A DNA stretch of 64,000 nucleotides. It comes from an uncultured Gemmatimonadales bacterium (lineage in GTDB: Bacteria; Gemmatimonadota; Gemmatimonadetes; Longimicrobiales; RSA9). The notes under the pieces were generated by a model, which saw nothing but the letters and a program-made list of their open reading frames with translations, did no database searches and was not told the DNA's origin. The position numbers were made by a program, and so were the translations under genes. Positions 20,135 to 28,519 of this stretch are shown here, piece by piece. The stretch is from NCBI GenBank assembly GCA_963783305.1, contig CAWAMW010000016.1:32001-96000 (forward strand). Reading direction: 5' to 3'. Within the stretch, counting starts at the first letter, position 1; the number at the start of each line of letters is the position of its first letter.

Positions 20135-21196
20135 ATGAAGACAATCCACTGGATCGCGGTGGCGATCATCGCGGGCGCGGTCGTGCAGCCGCTCTCTGCC
20201 CAGGACGTCCGGTTCCGGACCCAGAGCGAGTTCAAGACCAGCGGTGCGCTGGGCAAGCTCATGTCCATGGCCAGCCGGGCTCAGGGCGACGACGCCCAGA
20301 TCCGCACGGAGTACGTGAGCGGCCGACGGATGCGGACGGACGAGGGCCCGGCCTCGTCCACGATCATCGACCTGGAGCAGAACCGGATGTACATGCTCCA
20401 GCACGAGGAGAAGACGTATTTCGCGATGTCGCTCGACAGCATGGTCGCGGGGATGGCGGCCGTGGGCGAGGCCATGGCCGGGGCCGAGGTCCAGCCGCAG
20501 CCGGGGGTGGAGGAGGCACCGAGTCTGGAGTTCAAGGTGGACGTGGACCGGACCGGCGAGCGGTCGGAGATCTCCGGGCATCGGGCCGAGCGGGTGCTCC
20601 TGACTCTGGAAGCGGAGCGCACGGAGTCGGCCCCCGACCCAGGCGCCGACGAGGACGGGCCGCCCACCCGCCTGGTCCTGCTCATGGACCTGTGGCTGAG
20701 CGATGACGTGCCGGGGTACGGCACGCTCCAGGCGTTCCAGCAGGAGCTCGCCACGAACATGCAGGCGGCCGCTCCGGGTGCAGCCGGCGCCGCCGGCATG
20801 ATGCTCGACATGATCACACAGACACCGGGAACCCAGCAGGCGCTGGAGAAGGCCGCCGAAGAAATGCGGAAGCTGCCCGGGATGCCCGTACGTACGTCCA
20901 CGTACATCGTGACCGTCCCGGTCGCGGAGAAGTTCCAGCGCGACCCGGTGCTGAACCCCGAAAGCCCGAGCGCGGGGAGCGCCGCCAAGTCAGCGGCGCG
21001 CAGCGCCATCGGTGGGCTCTTCGGTCGGAAGAAGCAGGCCCCCGATGAGGAGACGGCCGAGCCGACGCAGAGCACGGTGCTCACCCTGATCGACACTCTC
21101 CTGGAGGCGGATACCGCCACGCTCTCTCCCGATCTCTTCCGGGTCCCGGCGGACTACACGGAGATCGAGGCAGCGACGGACCCGGAGGAGATGTGA
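20135..21196 (+). CDS. Secreted hypothetical protein (DUF4412/GLPGLI-like)
   Basis: Signal peptide; RMRTD..STIIDL, TGERSEISGH, DLWLSDDVPG, LFRVPADYTE. Confidence 0.68.
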   Translation: MKTIHWIAVAIIAGAVVQPLSAQDVRFRTQSEFKTSGALGKLMSMASRAQGDDAQIRTEYVSGRRMRTDEGPASSTIIDLEQNRMYMLQHEEKTYFAMSLDSMVAGMAAVGEAMAGAEVQPQPGVEEAPSLEFKVDVDRTGERSEISGHRAERVLLTLEAERTESAPDPGADEDGPPTRLVLLMDLWLSDDVPGYGTLQAFQQELATNMQAAAPGAAGAAGMMLDMITQTPGTQQALEKAAEEMRKLPGMPVRTSTYIVTVPVAEKFQRDPVLNPESPSAGSAAKSAARSAIGGLFGRKKQAPDEETAEPTQSTVLTLIDTLLEADTATLSPDLFRVPADYTEIEAATDPEEM

Positions 21197-21876
21197 GCGA
21201 TCCACTCAGGCCATCACGGAGGCGCGCAACGGAGCAGGGAGGACGGACGCGGACAGCGGCCGCTATCGGGCTGGCGCTGCTCTCCAGCATCCTGCTGGGC
21301 GCGTGTATGGGCGAGCCGGAAGCGGGGGACGCGGAGGGAGCGGAGCCCGCGGACGTCGCGGAGGTGGCAGAGGTGGCAGAGGTGGCAGAGGTGGCGGAAG
21401 CCGACGCGGATGGAGGGGAGACGCTCGACGATCTTTGGGCGGAGATCGAGGCAAAGGAGGCGGAGATCCGGGAGCAGACGAATGCGCCGGATCTGGACGT
21501 GTGTGGTGCGCTGGATACCGATGCGCTCATCGCCGTCATGCCGGCCACGGACTACAACCCGGTTACCGCGGAATCCGACCAGAACATGTTCGGACCGCTG
21601 TGCAGGTTCAGCGGCGGCAAGCCCGCCTATAACCTGACCGCAAGAGTGGAGGCGAGCTCACTCTCGGTGGAGGAGGTGCTCGCGACCTACCAGGGGGCGC
21701 CGGAGCTGCCCGAAGTCGGGTCCGGGGTTCGGTACTACTTCAATCCGAACGCCCCGGATCACCGCAGCTACGTGTTCGAAGCCCGGGGTCTCACGTTCAA
21801 GGTGATGACCATGTACTCCGACGAGACCTCGTCCCGGGAATTCGCCCGGCGAGCCGTTTCCATGATACGGGGATAG
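21193..21876 (+). CDS. Hypothetical lipoprotein with (AEV)n linker
   Basis: GTGA overlap; lipobox LGAC; acidic linker; two Cys (DVCGAL..LCRFS). Confidence 0.7.
   Translation: MSDPLRPSRRRATEQGGRTRTAAAIGLALLSSILLGACMGEPEAGDAEGAEPADVAEVAEVAEVAEVAEADADGGETLDDLWAEIEAKEAEIREQTNAPDLDVCGALDTDALIAVMPATDYNPVTAESDQNMFGPLCRFSGGKPAYNLTARVEASSLSVEEVLATYQGAPELPEVGSGVRYYFNPNAPDHRSYVFEARGLTFKVMTMYSDETSSREFARRAVSMIRG
21358..21399 (+). repeat. In-frame 9-bp tandem repeat (gcagaggtg, ~4.5 copies)
   Basis: gcggaggtg gcagaggtg gcagaggtg gcagaggtg gcggaa, encoding AEV x4. Confidence 0.85.
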
Positions 21877-21885
21877 GAAGCAGAA

Positions 21886-22629
21886 ATGCGGAATATGAAG
21901 CGAGTGTCGTACTGCGCGTTGGTCGCGCTGCTGTCGAGCGTGGCGTGCTCACCGGCCTCGGCCGGTGAGGAAGGGGCCGAGGAGGGCGCAACCCGGGGAG
22001 GGCGTAGCGCCCGGGCGGAGTCGATCCGGGAGCCGGACGCGGCGGACCTTCTGGTCGCGCCACCATCGGGGGCCCAGTTCCAGGCGGAGGCTTCGGAAGC
22101 GGAGAATGAGAGTGGCAACAGCGGGTCCACACGGTACGGTACGACCGGCGGCTTCCGGGCGGAACGTGCCGTGGACTACGTGTATCTCACGGATGGCTCG
22201 CTGGAGGAGGTCGCGCGGTACTACGAGGACGCAACGGCGGACAGCCCGCACAACGTGGACATGGAAGACATGTTCACCGATTACAACCGCGATGAGCTGG
22301 ACGTGCAGGAGGAGTCGCCCGCCGGACTGCCGCCGGACGAGATGGAGGCCATGCTCCGGCAGTACGGTGAGCAGGGGGTCCTGGACGAGGCGGAGCTGGA
22401 GGAATCGCTGGAGAATATGAAGACGTACCGCAAGATCTACCCGAAGATCAAGGACGTCACCCTGCACACGCTCGAGTTCGGGATGGAGGAGGAGTTCGAA
22501 GGGCGGGACGAGTACCGCAAGGTCGATGTCCACCTGATTCGGCCGTACGTCGATCTGGCCGCCCTGGAGGTACGCGACCGCACGGCCATCATCTACACCG
22601 TGCACTACATGAAGCGGCAAGCTCCCTGA
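21886..22629 (+). CDS. Hypothetical acidic lipoprotein
   Basis: Lipobox VAC; PPSGA...YLTDGSLEEVARYY motif. Confidence 0.7.
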   Translation: MRNMKRVSYCALVALLSSVACSPASAGEEGAEEGATRGGRSARAESIREPDAADLLVAPPSGAQFQAEASEAENESGNSGSTRYGTTGGFRAERAVDYVYLTDGSLEEVARYYEDATADSPHNVDMEDMFTDYNRDELDVQEESPAGLPPDEMEAMLRQYGEQGVLDEAELEESLENMKTYRKIYPKIKDVTLHTLEFGMEEEFEGRDEYRKVDVHLIRPYVDLAALEVRDRTAIIYTVHYMKRQAP

Positions 22630-22699
22630 GCCGCACCCGGGTGGGAAGGAGGGGACCGCCAGAGAGACGCTTCGTGGCGACCCTGTTCGACAGCGACAG

Positions 22700-23242
22700 C
22701 TACGGCTGGACGGTGCCCTCCTTCTCGACCACGGTGAGGACCGCATCCACGAACGTCTCCAGGTACGCTTCCAGCTGGTCGGCGGAAATGGCGGCGTAGC
22801 TGGCGCGGCCGTAGACATGGAAGAGGCCGCTCCGGATGATCCTCACCACCTGCGCGATGGCGGCATCGACCTCGAGCCGGTTGCCGTCGCCGGCGGCGGC
22901 CACGAGGGCGGTGGCGAACATCCGCAGGTGGGAGCGAAGCTCGTCCGCTTCCCTGTCCTCGAACCCCGTGTCCGAGGTGGGGGGGACCACGCCCCTGCCG
23001 ATGGTCTGCACGACCGCATCGATGGAGGCGTCCACTCCGGCTTCCGCGTCCGACCGGGCGGCGCGCATGACCCGCGCGGCGAACTCGCGCAGGCGGTCCC
23101 GGAGCACCTCGGCCTGCCCCGCATCGAAGCCGTCGCTCCCGTCGGCGTGGGTGACCCCGTTCTGGATGGCGAGGACGAGCTCATCCACCACGTTCTCGAC
23201 CTCGGCGCGAGCTTTACTGGCGACAGCGCCGGCATTGTTCAT
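22700..23242 (-). CDS. Hypothetical protein built from three 55-aa helical repeats
   Basis: Starts 2 nt after the pyk stop; ungapped internal triplication. Confidence 0.72.
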   Translation of the reverse strand: MNNAGAVASKARAEVENVVDELVLAIQNGVTHADGSDGFDAGQAEVLRDRLREFAARVMRAARSDAEAGVDASIDAVVQTIGRGVVPPTSDTGFEDREADELRSHLRMFATALVAAAGDGNRLEVDAAIAQVVRIIRSGLFHVYGRASYAAISADQLEAYLETFVDAVLTVVEKEGTVQP

Positions 23243-23244
23243 GG

Positions 23245-24669
23245 CTACAGCTCCTCCACCCGCATGGTGTTCGTGGCGCCGCTGATCCCGGCGGGGAGCC
23301 CGGCGGTGACGATGATGCGCTGACCCATGTGGCCGAGCCCGCGCTCAATGACCTGGCGCTGGCCGATGGCAATCATGGTGTCGTTGTTGGTACCATCGCT
23401 GACGTGGACGGCCTGGACGCCCCAGACGAGGGCGAGGGCGCGGTAGGTCCCGAGCTTCCGGGTGATGGCGAGGATGGGGACCTGGGGTCGGAAGCTGGAT
23501 ACGAGCCGGGCCGTAACGCCGTTCTCGGTAAGGGTGACGATGGCGGCGGCGTCCACCGTCCGGGCGGTATCCACCACGGCGGATCCCACGGCGGTGCCGG
23601 TCTCGAATCCGCCGGGGGTGTGGCGGCGCTCTGCGGGTCGCCCGGGGAACTCCTTCTCGTTGTCCAGGAACCACTGCTCCGTGGCCACCACGATGTCGTG
23701 CATGGCGCGGACGGCTTCCACCGGGTACTCGCCCACGGCGGTCTCTCCGGAAAGCATCACGGCGTCGGTGCCATCGTAGACGGCGTTGGCCACGTCACTG
23801 GCCTCCGCGCGGGTGGGGCGGGAGCTGTGGATCATGGACTCGAGCATCTGGGTGGCGGTGATGACCGGCTTCCCCATCTCCTGCGCCCTGTGGATGATGT
23901 GTTTCTGCGCGGCGGGCACGTCCTGGAACGGCAGCTCCACGCCCAGGTCGCCGCGGGCGACCATGACGCCATCGGCGGCCTCCAGGATAGCGTCGAGGGA
24001 CTGGAGCGCGGTGTCCTTTTCGATCTTGGCGATGATCCGGGGCGCGAGCCCGTCGTGCGGGAGGAGGCGGCGCAGCTCCCGGACGTCCTCGGCCCGCCGG
24101 ACGAAGGAGAGGCCGAGATAGGTGACCTGGTGCTGGACGGCGAAGCGGGCGTCCGCGCGGTCCTTTTCGGTCAGGGCGGGCGCGCTCACCTGCACGCCCG
24201 GCAGGTTGATCCCCTTGTTGGACTTGAGCACGCCGCCGACGGCGACGCGGGCGACCACCTTCCCAGCGAGGATCTCCGAGACCTCGAGGGCCATGGCCCC
24301 GTCATCGAGGAGGATGCGGGTGCCAGGGACCACGTCCTCGGCCAGCTCCGCGTAGGTGGTGGGGAGCTCACCGGGCGCGGTGGTCTCCCGGGGCGAGAGG
24401 ATGACGTCGTCGCCCTCGTGCAGGGTGACGGGCTCGGGGAGGGAGCCGATGCGGATCTTCGGACCGGCGAGGTCGCCGAGCATGGCGATGTTGGCGTTCC
24501 GATCGCGCGCCAGCCGCCGGATGTCACGGATGACCGGGACCAGGTCCTCGTGGCGGCTGTGGGCGAAATTCAGCCTGAAGACGTTGACGCCGGCGTCCAT
24601 CAGCGCAGCGAGTCGGTCGGGCGGCGTGGAGGCCGGTCCGAGCGTCGCCACGATTTTCGTTCTACGCAT
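23245..24669 (-). CDS. pyk: Pyruvate kinase
   Basis: RRTKIVATLGPAS, DLAGPKIR, IIAKIE, MVARGDLGVE, TATQMLESM, DGTDAVMLSGETA. Confidence 0.98.
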   Translation of the reverse strand: MRRTKIVATLGPASTPPDRLAALMDAGVNVFRLNFAHSRHEDLVPVIRDIRRLARDRNANIAMLGDLAGPKIRIGSLPEPVTLHEGDDVILSPRETTAPGELPTTYAELAEDVVPGTRILLDDGAMALEVSEILAGKVVARVAVGGVLKSNKGINLPGVQVSAPALTEKDRADARFAVQHQVTYLGLSFVRRAEDVRELRRLLPHDGLAPRIIAKIEKDTALQSLDAILEAADGVMVARGDLGVELPFQDVPAAQKHIIHRAQEMGKPVITATQMLESMIHSSRPTRAEASDVANAVYDGTDAVMLSGETAVGEYPVEAVRAMHDIVVATEQWFLDNEKEFPGRPAERRHTPGGFETGTAVGSAVVDTARTVDAAAIVTLTENGVTARLVSSFRPQVPILAITRKLGTYRALALVWGVQAVHVSDGTNNDTMIAIGQRQVIERGLGHMGQRIIVTAGLPAGISGATNTMRVEEL

Positions 24670-24779
24670 TCAACCGCTGCTCTTTCGTATTCGGATTCGC
24701 GAGCGCGCGAAGGTCGGGTCGCGCCCCGCTGAAGCTGAGTAGAGGAATCGGACGGGGCAACACCGGCCGCCCCGGTGCG

Positions 24780-24995
24780 TCAGCCGGCCTGCTGGCGCTG
24801 CTGGGCCGCCGCGTAGCATTCGGCTGCGCGGGCTGAGAGGTTCTTGGCGGTCTCGAGGTCATCGGCCTGGACGGCCTGCGACGCGTACTGGTCGCATTCC
24901 AGCTTCGGATTCCTCTCGGGGTCTTCCTCGCCGCCCCCGGGCAGGAGCGCGCAGCCGGACAGGAGCAGAGCGGAAGCAAGGGCGAAGGGTCTCAT
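24780..24995 (-). CDS. Small lipoprotein
   Basis: GAGG RBS; lipobox LSGC; two further Cys in a helical hairpin. Confidence 0.65.
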   Translation of the reverse strand: MRPFALASALLLSGCALLPGGGEEDPERNPKLECDQYASQAVQADDLETAKNLSARAAECYAAAQQRQQAG

Positions 24996-25169
24996 AAGTC
25001 CTCTCTGAACGGTTTCGGTTGGTCACAGGCGATGCGAGATTCGCTCCACCGTGGTCCGGGAATGTGGAATGTGGAACCTGGTCCGGCTTGCGCGCCGGCT
25101 TGCGCGCTCGCGACTCGCCGCCGACCGTAACGGGGTCGTTCACGACCACTCCAGCCCAGGTCAGGTGCC

Positions 25170-26804
25170 ATGCTCCAGATCCGCAACAGCGCAGCGCTGG
25201 CTCTGCTCGTCCTCGCCGGGGGGTGCTCCCACGAGCCGCCCGCGGCGTCCACACCTGCGCCCGCGCCGGCAGCCGCGCCGGCACCCGCGGCAGCCGCGCC
25301 ATTCGCGCTGGAGGAGGTGACGGTGGCGGAGCTCGGGTCGGCCATGGAGTCGGGGCGGCTGACGTCGCGGGACATCGTGGAGGCGTACCTGGCGCGGATC
25401 GACGCGCTGGACCGCCGGGGCCCGGAGCTCCGGGCGATGCTGGACCTGAACCCGGACGCGCTGATGATCGCGGACTCGCTGGACGCGGAGCGCCGAGCGG
25501 GTCGGGTGCGGGGACCGATGCACGGGATCCCGGTGGTGGTGAAGGACAACGTTGCCACGGCGGACGGCATGACCACGACGGCGGGCGCGCTGGCGCTCGA
25601 GGGTTCGATCGCGCCGCGGGACGCCTTCATCGTGGAGCGGCTCCGAGCGGAGGGCGCGGTGATCCTGGGGAAGACGAACCTCAGCGAGTGGGCGAACTTC
25701 CGGTCGACGATGTCGTCGAGCGGCTGGAGCGGTCGCGGCGGGCAGGTGCGGAACCCGTACGCGCTGGACCGGTCGCCGTGCGGGTCGAGCTCGGGGTCGG
25801 CGGTGGCCGTGGCGGCGAACCTGGCGCCGGTGTCGGTCGGTACGGAGACAGACGGCTCGATCGTCTGCCCGGCTTCGGTGAACGGGCTGGTGGGTGTAAA
25901 GCCGACGATCGGGCTGGTGAGCCGCTCGGGGATCATCCCCATCGCCCACAGCCAGGACATCGCCGGCCCGCTGGCCCGTACTGTCACCGACGCGGCGACG
26001 CTGCTGAACGCGCTGGTGGGGGAGGATCCTCGGGATGTGAGCACCCGGGGCGTACGGCCGGCGGAGGACTACCGGAGGTTCCTGGACGACATGGCGCTGC
26101 GGGGCGCCCGGATCGGCGTGATCCGCGAGGGTTTCACGGGCTACCACGAGCCCACCGACCGGCTGCTGGAAGCAGCGCTGGACGACCTGCGGGCCGAGGG
26201 CGCGACGGTGGTGGATTCGCTGTCGCTGTCACACCAGAACGAGTACGGCGATGCCGAGTGGACCATCCTGCTGTACGAGTTCAGGCACGACCTGAACGAG
26301 TACCTGGCCGCACTCGGGCCGGACGCGCCCGTGCGGTCGCTGGCGGACGTCATCGCCTACAACCAGCGGGAGCGCGCGCGCTCCATGCCGTACTTCGAGC
26401 AGGAGATCCTGGAGCTGGCGGAGGGGAAGGGCGGGCTGGAGGAGCCGGAGTACCTGGAGGCGCTGGAGCAGGCGAAGCTGGCAGCGGCGGGAATCGACTC
26501 CATCATGCGACTGCACTCCCTCGACGCGCTCGTGGCGCCCACCACCTCACCGGCGTGGGCCATCGACCTGGTGACTGGCGACCACTTCCTGGGCGCCAGC
26601 TCCTCACCCGCGGCGGTGGCGGGCTATCCGAACATCACGGTGCCCATGGGCGACGTGCTCGGACTGCCTGTGGGCCTCTCCTTCTTCGGGCGCGCGTGGA
26701 GTGAGGGCACCCTCCTCGGGATCGCCTACGACTACGAGCAGGCGACGAAGCACCGGCGGCCGCCGACGTTCCGGCCCACCGCCACGCCGTTCGCGCCGCG
26801 GTAG
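25170..26804 (+). CDS. Amidase signature family protein (lipoprotein)
   Basis: Lipobox AGGC; HGIPVVVKDN, GKTNLSEW, GSSSGS, GTETDGSIVCP. Confidence 0.95.
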   Translation: MLQIRNSAALALLVLAGGCSHEPPAASTPAPAPAAAPAPAAAAPFALEEVTVAELGSAMESGRLTSRDIVEAYLARIDALDRRGPELRAMLDLNPDALMIADSLDAERRAGRVRGPMHGIPVVVKDNVATADGMTTTAGALALEGSIAPRDAFIVERLRAEGAVILGKTNLSEWANFRSTMSSSGWSGRGGQVRNPYALDRSPCGSSSGSAVAVAANLAPVSVGTETDGSIVCPASVNGLVGVKPTIGLVSRSGIIPIAHSQDIAGPLARTVTDAATLLNALVGEDPRDVSTRGVRPAEDYRRFLDDMALRGARIGVIREGFTGYHEPTDRLLEAALDDLRAEGATVVDSLSLSHQNEYGDAEWTILLYEFRHDLNEYLAALGPDAPVRSLADVIAYNQRERARSMPYFEQEILELAEGKGGLEEPEYLEALEQAKLAAAGIDSIMRLHSLDALVAPTTSPAWAIDLVTGDHFLGASSSPAAVAGYPNITVPMGDVLGLPVGLSFFGRAWSEGTLLGIAYDYEQATKHRRPPTFRPTATPFAPR

Positions 26805-26879
26805 CGAACGGTCGCTGCGCTCCCTAGCGAACGGTCGCTGCGCTCCCTAGCGAACGGTCGCTGCGCTCCCTAGCGAACG
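26802..26879. repeat. Perfect 23-bp tandem repeat, 3.4 copies (REP-like)
   Basis: tagcgaacggtcgctgcgctccc at 26802, 26825 and 26848, partial copy at 26871; no spacers. Confidence 0.92.
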
Positions 26880-27130
26880 CTTCGGCCTTCGGCCTCGCTA
26901 TCGAGCTGCTCGAGGGCCAGGTCGCGGGTGCCGTCCTCGGCCATGGCGATCGCCATGGCGTGCCGGGAGAATGCGCGATCGCCTCGCCGGAGGCCGTCAA
27001 GGATCCGGCGCCAGAGGCCCCTCGCCGGCCGCTCGCCGGAGCCAGGGCGCGGATCGCCGGGACCACCGCCCGGGTGGGCGTGGCGGTCGGCGTTCGGCTT
27101 CTCTCGCGACGACTCGTGTGGACCTGGCAA
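26870..27130 (-). CDS. Microprotein homologous to the linker of the tandem response regulator
   Basis: TTG start with GGGAG RBS. Its 40-aa segment at 26894-27013 is 23/40 identical to the segment at 39364-39480. Confidence 0.72.
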   Translation of the reverse strand: MPGPHESSREKPNADRHAHPGGGPGDPRPGSGERPARGLWRRILDGLRRGDRAFSRHAMAIAMAEDGTRDLALEQLDSEAEGRSVR

Positions 27131-27331
27131 CGTGACTCCCTACGGCGGCTGAACTGGCGCGTGTACGCGCCCCAAGTCTCCACGCAATCGCCGTACGAGT
27201 CAAGCGCCCCGGCCGCTGCGGCGGACAACCCGACGGGGGGCCTGCGGGACGGGGCGCGGAATCCCTCACCGGGGGTTAAACTGTTCGGTGCCGGAGTGAG
27301 CGGCCACAAACGAACCGACGAGGGGATCGTG

Positions 27332-28513
27332 ATGGATACGAAGAGGCGGGGCATCAACAGCAAGCTGGTCCACGGGAGCTATCACCCGGACGGCACGGGC
27401 GCGGTGAACGTGCCGATCTACCAGAGCTCGACGTTCGAGTTCCGGGACGCGGCGCACGGTGCGGCGCTCTTCGCGGGTGAAGGGGACGGCTACATCTACA
27501 CGCGGCTGGGCAATCCGACGATCCGTGTGCTGGAAGAGACGGTGGCGGATCTGGAGGGCGGGGCGGGCGGCATCGCCACGAGCTCGGGGATGGGGGCGGT
27601 GAGCACGCTGTACATGGCGCTGCTCGGGGGGGACGCGCACCTGGTGAGCACGGCGTCGGTGTATGGTCCGAGCCGGGGCGTGATCGAGAAGCACTTTTCG
27701 CGCTTCGGGGTGCAGGCGTCGTTCGTGAACACGTCGGATCTGGCGAAGCTGGAATCGGCGATGCGGCCGGAAACGGAGCTGGTGTACGTGGAGTCGCCGT
27801 CGAACCCGACGATGCAGGTGACGGACATCGCGGGGGCGGCGGAGATCGCGCACGCGCACGGTGCGCTGCTGGCGGTGGACAACACGTTCGCGAGCCCGTA
27901 CCTGCAGCGGCCGCTGGAGCTGGGCGCGGACGTGGTGCTGCACTCGGTGACGAAGTTCATCAACGGTCACGCCGACGTGGTGGGCGGTCTGCTGGTGGCG
28001 AAGGACCCGGAGGTCGTGGGGCGGCTCAAGGACGTGATGGTGAGCCTCGGGTGCAACATGGACCCGCACCAGGCATTCCTGGTGATCCGGGGTCTGAAGA
28101 CGCTGGGGATCCGGATCGAGCGGGCGCAGGAGAGCGCGCTCGAGCTGGCCCGGTGGCTGGAGGCGCACCCGAAAGTGGAGTGGGTCCGGTACGTGGGGCT
28201 GCCATCGCACCCGCAGCACGAGCTGGCGGCGCGGCAGATGTCGGGGTTCGGGTCGATGATCGCGTTCGAGCTGAAGGGCGGCATGGCCGCGGGCCGCAAG
28301 CTCATGGACGCGGTGGAGCTGGCGACGCTGGCGGTGTCGCTGGGGGGAGTGGAGACACTCATCGAGCACCCGGCGTCCATGACCCACGCATCCATGGCGC
28401 GGGAGGCGCGGGAAGCGGCGGGATTCACCGACGGTCTGGTCCGCTACGCGGTGGGGATCGAGGACGTGGCGGACCTCATCGCCGACCTGGAGCGGGCGCT
28501 GGAGAAGGTCTAG
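27332..28513 (+). CDS. PLP-dependent trans-sulfuration enzyme (methionine gamma-lyase/cystathionine lyase family)
   Basis: PIYQSSTF, YTRLGNPT, SGMGA, DNTFASP, HSVTKFINGH, AVSLGGVETLIEHPASMTH; 393 aa from the ATG at 27332. Confidence 0.92.
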   Translation: MDTKRRGINSKLVHGSYHPDGTGAVNVPIYQSSTFEFRDAAHGAALFAGEGDGYIYTRLGNPTIRVLEETVADLEGGAGGIATSSGMGAVSTLYMALLGGDAHLVSTASVYGPSRGVIEKHFSRFGVQASFVNTSDLAKLESAMRPETELVYVESPSNPTMQVTDIAGAAEIAHAHGALLAVDNTFASPYLQRPLELGADVVLHSVTKFINGHADVVGGLLVAKDPEVVGRLKDVMVSLGCNMDPHQAFLVIRGLKTLGIRIERAQESALELARWLEAHPKVEWVRYVGLPSHPQHELAARQMSGFGSMIAFELKGGMAAGRKLMDAVELATLAVSLGGVETLIEHPASMTHASMAREAREAAGFTDGLVRYAVGIEDVADLIADLERALEKV

Positions 28514-28519
28514 GAGGGT

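Noticed and set aside
10404..22629. Known secretion system, prophage or defence island
   Set aside because: No ATPase, secretin, VgrG/Hcp, RHS, capsid, integrase or nuclease motifs were recognised.
26802..26879. CRISPR array
   Set aside because: The 23-bp units are contiguous with no spacers, and there are no cas genes nearby.
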